The translations under genes and the position numbers were made by a program. A stretch of DNA of 64,000 nt, taken from the NCBI GenBank assembly GCA_964016885.1, contig OZ024740.1, forward strand, positions 193,688,001-193,752,000. Direction: 5' to 3'. The notes beneath the pieces are model-generated. The model worked only from the letters and a program-made list of their open reading frames with translations, did no database searches and had not been told where the DNA came from. Source of the DNA: Eledone cirrhosa. Its lineage: Eukaryota. Shown one piece after another: positions 57,200-64,000 of the stretch (its first letter is position 1; every line of letters starts with the position of its first letter).

Positions 57200-58645
57200 T
57201 TAATTTATTCATATGTCCTGATTTTTCGAGATTAATATCTCTTCTTCCGAGGAAAATAAAGGAACTGTTGCAGTGTCCGATGTGGCTTGCTATACCATGA
57301 TGGCTGGCATTGTTCAGCAAGCCATATAGGATACCAGAATAGTTCTTTTATTTTCCTCGGAAGAAGAGAAAAGGAGAGCAATGGGAAAAGGAGAGCAAGT
57401 GGACAAAGAGAGCAAGAAGAGCAATGAGAAAAGGAGTGTAATGGGAAAAGGAGCGCAATGGGAAAAGGAGAGCAATGGCAAACGGAGATCATTGGGAAAA
57501 GGAGAGCAAGGAGAGCAATGAGGCAAGGAGAGCACTGATAAAAAGGGATCAATGACAAAAGGAGAGCAAGGAGAAAAAGAGTACAAGGAATACAAGGAGA
57601 AAAGGAGAGCAGGGTGAGCAAGGTGAAAGGAAAGAAAAGAGCGCAAGGCGAGGAAGGAGAAAAGGAGAGCAAGGAGAGCAAGGAGAACAGGGAGAAAAGG
57701 AAAGCAAAGCGAGCAAAGAGAATAGAGAGAAAAGGAGAGCAAGGAGAGCAAGGATAGCAAAGAGGGAAGGAGGTCAATGTGGCAAGGAGAGCAAGAATGA
57801 AAGGAGAGCAAGGAGAACAATGAGAAAAGGAGAGCAAATAGAGCATGGAGGTGTTAACTTATCCTCGAAGCAGACAAAGGTGAAACATTCAACAGAAGAG
57901 GTATATTCTGCACCAAAAGGACTTTTTTTCTTTCCAAACATCGAGTTTTCGTCTTTTTTAACTCCTGTTACAAAAAGTTTCTTCACAAGATTTTCTATCA
58001 GCACCGATTTCCTCGACAAATACCCTTCAGCACGGAATGATGATTCTGGTTACAAAAGTGAACTTGAAAAACATGAGAAGACACTTGTTGTGAATGATGT
58101 TGCAGAAAGAGGTGTCAGACTCATTCAGGATTACAATAATATTCTCACGAAAGATCAAACTGAGGAAACATTTGTTTTAGAGATCGTTACCGAAAACTTT
58201 AAAACATACCCAACTGCCACTAAATCCTCTCTTATGCAAAAATAATGTTCAATATTCACCGTCCAGTGTTCACATTATCGTTTTGATTTTATGGCAATTA
58301 TTGCTCTAAATAAAAATGCGTTTCTCTTATATAATGTATGTGTTTATTTAAGAAAACCTAATATTAATGTTTTTTTCTGTTGTTTCAGGAATTTTTCAAA
58401 TTAACTATTGGTGAATTTTATTCAGGACGTTTTTGAACATTTGCTGGGGTTGGCTAGATGTGTCCACATTAATACGTCGAGACAGGGATCAGTATACGGC
58501 TTTTGAAAATAATTAATCGGTGCGTATATTATGTTCCAAATTCAATGCGTTTCAGGCCGCTAAGCTGTTATCCGATTGAGCTGAAACTTTGCAAATCCTG
58601 TTTTTATGTTGAGTGGAACCGGATTACCTATTGCTAAGGACCACC

Positions 58646-58648
<3 letters not shown>
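57200..58648 (+). mobile_element. hATm-like DNA transposon 3' remnant
   Basis: ORF 57820-58245 with VVNDVAERGVRLIQDYN; right end reads TAGGGTGGTCCTTAG on the minus strand; left end not located. Confidence 0.65.
57360..57845 (+). repeat. Purine-rich 9-bp-period minisatellite (ggagagcaa / ggagaaaag; GEQ/GEK triplets)
   Basis: Direct reading. Confidence 0.85.
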
Positions 58649-58681
<33 letters not shown>

Positions 58682-58725
58682 GGGGGGGCCTGTGTGTCTG
58701 TGTGTGTGTGTGTCTGTGTGTGTAT

Positions 58726-60271
58726 AGAGGTAGAACACTGTAAGGTAATATCCGTAGTGGTAGAGCACTCAGTCCACTGGACGAGTTAGGTAGAAGTGGT
58801 AACACAACAGTTAGTTCACCATACCGAGAACAATTGTGTCACATTAGCGGATCGTCATCTCGGACTGGTCATGGTTATACAGAATAGGAAGAATACCCGC
58901 ATGAATACGCATGCGCAGAAACGGTCAATTCACCGAAGCGATGCAATGCCACGGGCGAAAGGTGTAAGGGAAAAAACTGCGAAAGTCCGACAAGTAGTTC
59001 GAGTTGATAAGACAATTAGAATGTTGTTGTTATTCAACCCGGAGCTTTGTAGTTATGTAAGAGGTGTTTCCAGACATGTGGACAACGTGTGAAGATTTCA
59101 CACCTTAAGTTTAGGCAATCGCTATTGAATATATATCCATTCATCAATACACAGTCCACAAGACGGATTGCCTTTTGCGTATGGCTTGGACTTAGTGATG
59201 GCTTTCCATTGAATGGAGTAGTCTATACTTGAGTCCTTGAGGGACCATACGTGGCTCCTCTAATAAGGCTATATTTGACAGAGCGGCACCCTTCTATAAC
59301 ACGGCGTTAGCTAACAGCTGCTTCTCGCAAATAATCACTTACTCTCCCACTAAAAACAACAGCAATAAAAAAAGAAATCGTAACGATAGACAAACTATCT
59401 GCTTCTCTCCTCCTTTCCCACTCAACGTTAAAACTAATGTAGGAAAAAATTGTTTAGCTCTCTTAAATAGACACTTTGCCATAGGTCACAAATACCGCTC
59501 CATCTTTAACTGACACAGAGTAAAACTAGGGTACTCCTGCGCTAAGAATGTGAAGCTCCACACGACCAAAAGCCTTAAGAGCAGCAGGGTGCTCTTGCCG
59601 AAATCCTGAAGTTTGTCCCCTTCAACAGCAATGCAACACACTATCCGTAGTTTATGAAGCTGTGGTCACTTTCAACCGACCAAATCCACCACAGGAGGGT
59701 ATGGCGGCGGGCCGAATTAAGGAAAGCTTTCTGTGCCATCACTCGACCTTTAGGTACCCGGACAAACGATCATCCACGAAACTCGCGAGCCACGTATGGT
59801 CCCTCACCCTCAAGGACTCAACTATAGACGACTCCATTCAATGGAAAGCCATCACTAAGTCCAAGCCATACGCAAGGGGCTCTTCGCCTTGTGGACTGTG
59901 TATAGAAGAACGGATAAATATTCTAAGGAGATTACACAATAGCGATTGCCTAAACTTTAGAAATGAAATCTTTACACGTTGTCCACATGTCTGGAAATAC
60001 TTCTTACATATCTACAATGCTCCGGATTGAATAACAACATTCAAATTGTCTAATCAACTCGAACTACTTTTCGGAGGTTGGCAGTTTTCTCCCTTACCCC
60101 TTTCGCCAGTGGCATTGCATTGCGTGGATGAAGTGACCGTTTCTTCGCATGCGTTTTCATGGGGTTATTTTCTCCCTATTCCGTATAACCATGACCAGTC
60201 CGAGCTGAAGATCCGTTAAGGTAAAAGAATTGTTCTCGGTATGGTGAACTGACTGTTGTGTTACCAGTTCT
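58726..60271 (+). mobile_element. Penelope-like element with diverged ~470-bp inverted arms (58790-59256 / 59787-60271)
   Basis: Core: FSPPF..NVKTNVG, KLGYSC, CPL..QC..VVYEA, KLASHVWSL, WKAI..KPY, CGLCIEE, LNFRNEIFTRCPH; decayed hammerheads at 60200-60239 (+) and 58824-58863 (-). Confidence 0.85.
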
Positions 60272-60323
60272 ATATATATATGTGTGTCTGTGTGTGTGTG
60301 TGTGTGTATTTATATATATATAT

Positions 60324-60512
60324 ATAGGAACAAGTAAGACCCCGACGGCTGAGCTCAAGCCCTTTCGACGGCTAATTCAGAATTAGCCGTCGAAACGGCT
60401 TGAGCTCAGCCGTCGGGGTCTTACTTGTCCCTATTACCCACTCTACTACCCTAAGTATTGAGTACGTTGGTGCGTTATGGTCCACCTGGTTCCTTACCAC
60501 ATTTCCTTCGTT
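60324..60512. mobile_element. Miniature fold-back of the 25322-27238 family (arms 60324-60378 / 60380-60434 + tail)
   Basis: Sequence matches 25322-25457; 1-nt spacer; (TA)n flanks. Confidence 0.9.
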
Positions 60513-60558
60513 ATATATGTATATACATATATATTTACATACATACTCACACACACAT

Positions 60559-60597
<39 letters not shown>

Positions 60598-60603
60598 CAC
60601 ACG

Positions 60604-60641
<38 letters not shown>

Positions 60642-60707
60642 AATATATATACAATATATTAATAAATGGAAACTATATTTATAAAACCATAATTATTTTA
60701 TTATATA

Positions 60708-62578
60708 CTAGCAGATTTTCTCGGCGTTGCTCGGGGTTTCAAATTATACTAACAATATAAAGGAAGTAAAAGAAGAACATTATTTGTCCCCAACCTGTCA
60801 AAATAAGCAGAAGTCTTCAATAATTAATGCAAACGAATATTTAGTGCAATCTTTGTACACATAAAACTATGTTGATAATGAAGGAAAACACTGAACAGGA
60901 TGTTGTTATACAAATGGTTAAAGACAATACACGTTGCAAATCTGTAAAAAAAAACAGGCAGTGTTGCTAAAGTACAAAAAGTTGTAATGAAAGCAGAGTT
61001 GTATACAAACATAAAAACAATGAGAGTAGAATAAGAAAAATCTATTCTCTGAGAGGATCCTTTGCTGTGTATGGTTAAATTTTGAACTTATAATCCAAAA
61101 TATCCTGCATGACATATTCATTGGTATGTTTTGTAATGAGTAAGGCGAAGTCAAGGCAGGCCTGTAAAGAGTTTTTTTGTTAACACTAAAGCACTTCAGG
61201 ATAGTCGATATTCTTTGTTTTTCTTTTCGGAACAAGCGTAAAGAGATTAGGCAACGTAGAATTGCGAAAAGAAAGGTTCATCTAAGTGAAATCCTGTGAC
61301 GGACAGAGTTTGATCTTGCGACATATTTATGGACATCGCAAAGGCAACACGAAGGGGAAATTGTGTTCGGCGCACGGAGAAGAGATCATCCACGCATGAT
61401 GTAGTCAGGCTAATTTTTGTTATTATCACATCCTCGCCTTTTCCACATCTGGATAGAATGGTAGCGTCAATACTAAGTGGAGACAGTTTTTTAACCACAA
61501 GGCATGTACCATTGCATAGTTTTGCAGCAAAATAACTGGCGTTCTCTCTTTCAGAACCAATGTATTAGGAGGTAAACCAGGAGGATTTAAGCAATTTAGA
61601 AATTAAACTGTATAGTTGACCGCATCCTGTGGATCACATACAGTATCAATAGATTTATATATCCGTGGACATCCAGGAAGAATCCTGTTCAGTATGTTCC
61701 TTCATTGTCAAAAAGGTTTGATGTGTACGAATACAGGTGGAAGCATAGATAATGCCTGCCTCAAATATGGACGAAATTACTTTAAAAATGTAAAAGCTGT
61801 AGGTCCCAATGGTTTGAATGGAAAATCCCATTAGGATTGTTCTAAAAATAAACAAACCATCATCAAAATCTCGTCAATTCGAGGCTGCTGCGAGATTAGG
61901 CCCTCACCGCGAAAATTAACACTTAATATAGTGAAACAAGTTAAAACAACAAGTGTTTTTTTAACTTTGAAAGTGCAACCAATTTTTTTTTGTATCAACA
62001 TGACTTATGAAAGTTTTAAAAATGTAAAAGCTGTAGGTCCCAATGGTTTGAATGGAAAGTCCCATAACGATTGTTCTAAAAATAAACAAACCATCATCAA
62101 AATCTCATCAATTCGAGACTGCTGCGAGATTAAGCCCTTGACGCGAAAATTAACACTTAATATAGTGAAACAAGTTAAAACAACAAGTGTTTTTTTAACT
62201 TTGAAAGTGTAACAAAGAATAAGCAAGAAACAAACGATAATATTAGTCATTTATCTTCAAATTAATCTTATGTTTATATTTCTGAAATTTCATCCGACAA
62301 TGATTGTTGTTTTAAAATTGAAAAGGAAGGTCTCCATACCACACTCTCTTTATAAGGATTGTCAATAAAGTTGGTTATCTCAATTTTGCTACCGATAATT
62401 TTGATATCGATTTTGTATTGCTCAACGTGGGTCGAATGGAAATATTTTCGTGATGTGAACATCTTAGCGACCTGTGCAACGTGCACAGAAAATTTGGTCA
62501 ACTTCGGTTGGTAATTGTAAAAGCCTTAGGCATCCAAAGTTGTACACAGACACATCCTAGCTTTTATATATATAAAGA
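60708..62578 (-). mobile_element. Helitron deletion derivative with Pif1-like helicase remnant
   Basis: 5' TC (62578), 3' hairpin + CTAG (60708), A|T target; RRTQFPLRVAFAMSINMSQDQTL...FFSQFYVA at 61247-61498; internal ~195-bp direct duplication (61780-61975 / 62015-62210). Confidence 0.85.
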
Positions 62579-62579
62579 T

Positions 62580-62820
62580 ATTTCAAGGGCGACCAAGCAC
62601 ATCTTCGTGCGCTTTCGTCAGATAAAATACAAAATTTGTTTTATAAATAGTGACATAACCATGGAAAACAACCTTGACGGTTCAAAATTCGCAGGATAGA
62701 CTATCCAGCTAATTTTCAACCGTCATGCTTGTTTTCCATGGTTATGTCACTATTTTTAAAACAAATTTTGCATTTTATCTGATGAAAGCGCACCAAGGTT
62801 GGCTTAGTCGCCCTTGAAAT
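62580..62820. mobile_element. Fold-back MITE
   Basis: atttcaagggcgac...gtcgcccttgaaat termini, palindromic over the whole length. Confidence 0.8.
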
Positions 62821-62970
62821 ATATATAATAAAATAATAATTATGGTTTTATGAATATAGTTTCCATTTATTAATATATTGAATGTTTACTCCAATAGCTG
62901 TTGATTGCTCTATATCAGTTATAAACTTTTCAAGTTTGTTGGAATTCCAACAAATTAAATATAACTTCTA

Positions 62971-64000
<1,030 letters not shown>

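Noticed and set aside
57232-57846. Collagen gene or Leu/Ser-rich membrane protein ORFs
   Set aside because: Minisatellite with stops on the plus strand; no Pro-rich triplets or collagen domains; minus-strand ORFs are its complement
62778-62820. CTGATGA in the terminal MITE
   Set aside because: No stem II-GAAA-stem III arrangement follows

Overview
AT-rich animal genomic DNA made almost entirely of repeats; no host protein-coding gene could be supported. The SINE, (TA)n/(CA)n and LINE mix resembles a cephalopod (Octopus-like) genome, which is an inference from recall. Contents: a decayed RTE-type LINE; Tx1/L1-type and R4/Dong-type non-LTR fragments, the latter tandem in (TAA)n; a hAT transposon; a hATm-like remnant; two Helitron derivatives; about 11 tRNA-derived SINE copies; several fold-back MITEs. 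The most notable component is a dense set of about 10 distinct Penelope-like element (PLE) families in (TA)n tracts. Most form inverted-repeat (fold-back) structures of 0.13-3.1 kb, and each carries a readable type I hammerhead ribozyme motif (intact or decayed). Two motifs have the compensatory U3-A8 core. One small element pairs an intact hammerhead with an antisense copy mutated at catalytic-core bases. All structures were read by eye and coordinates are approximate to a few bases.
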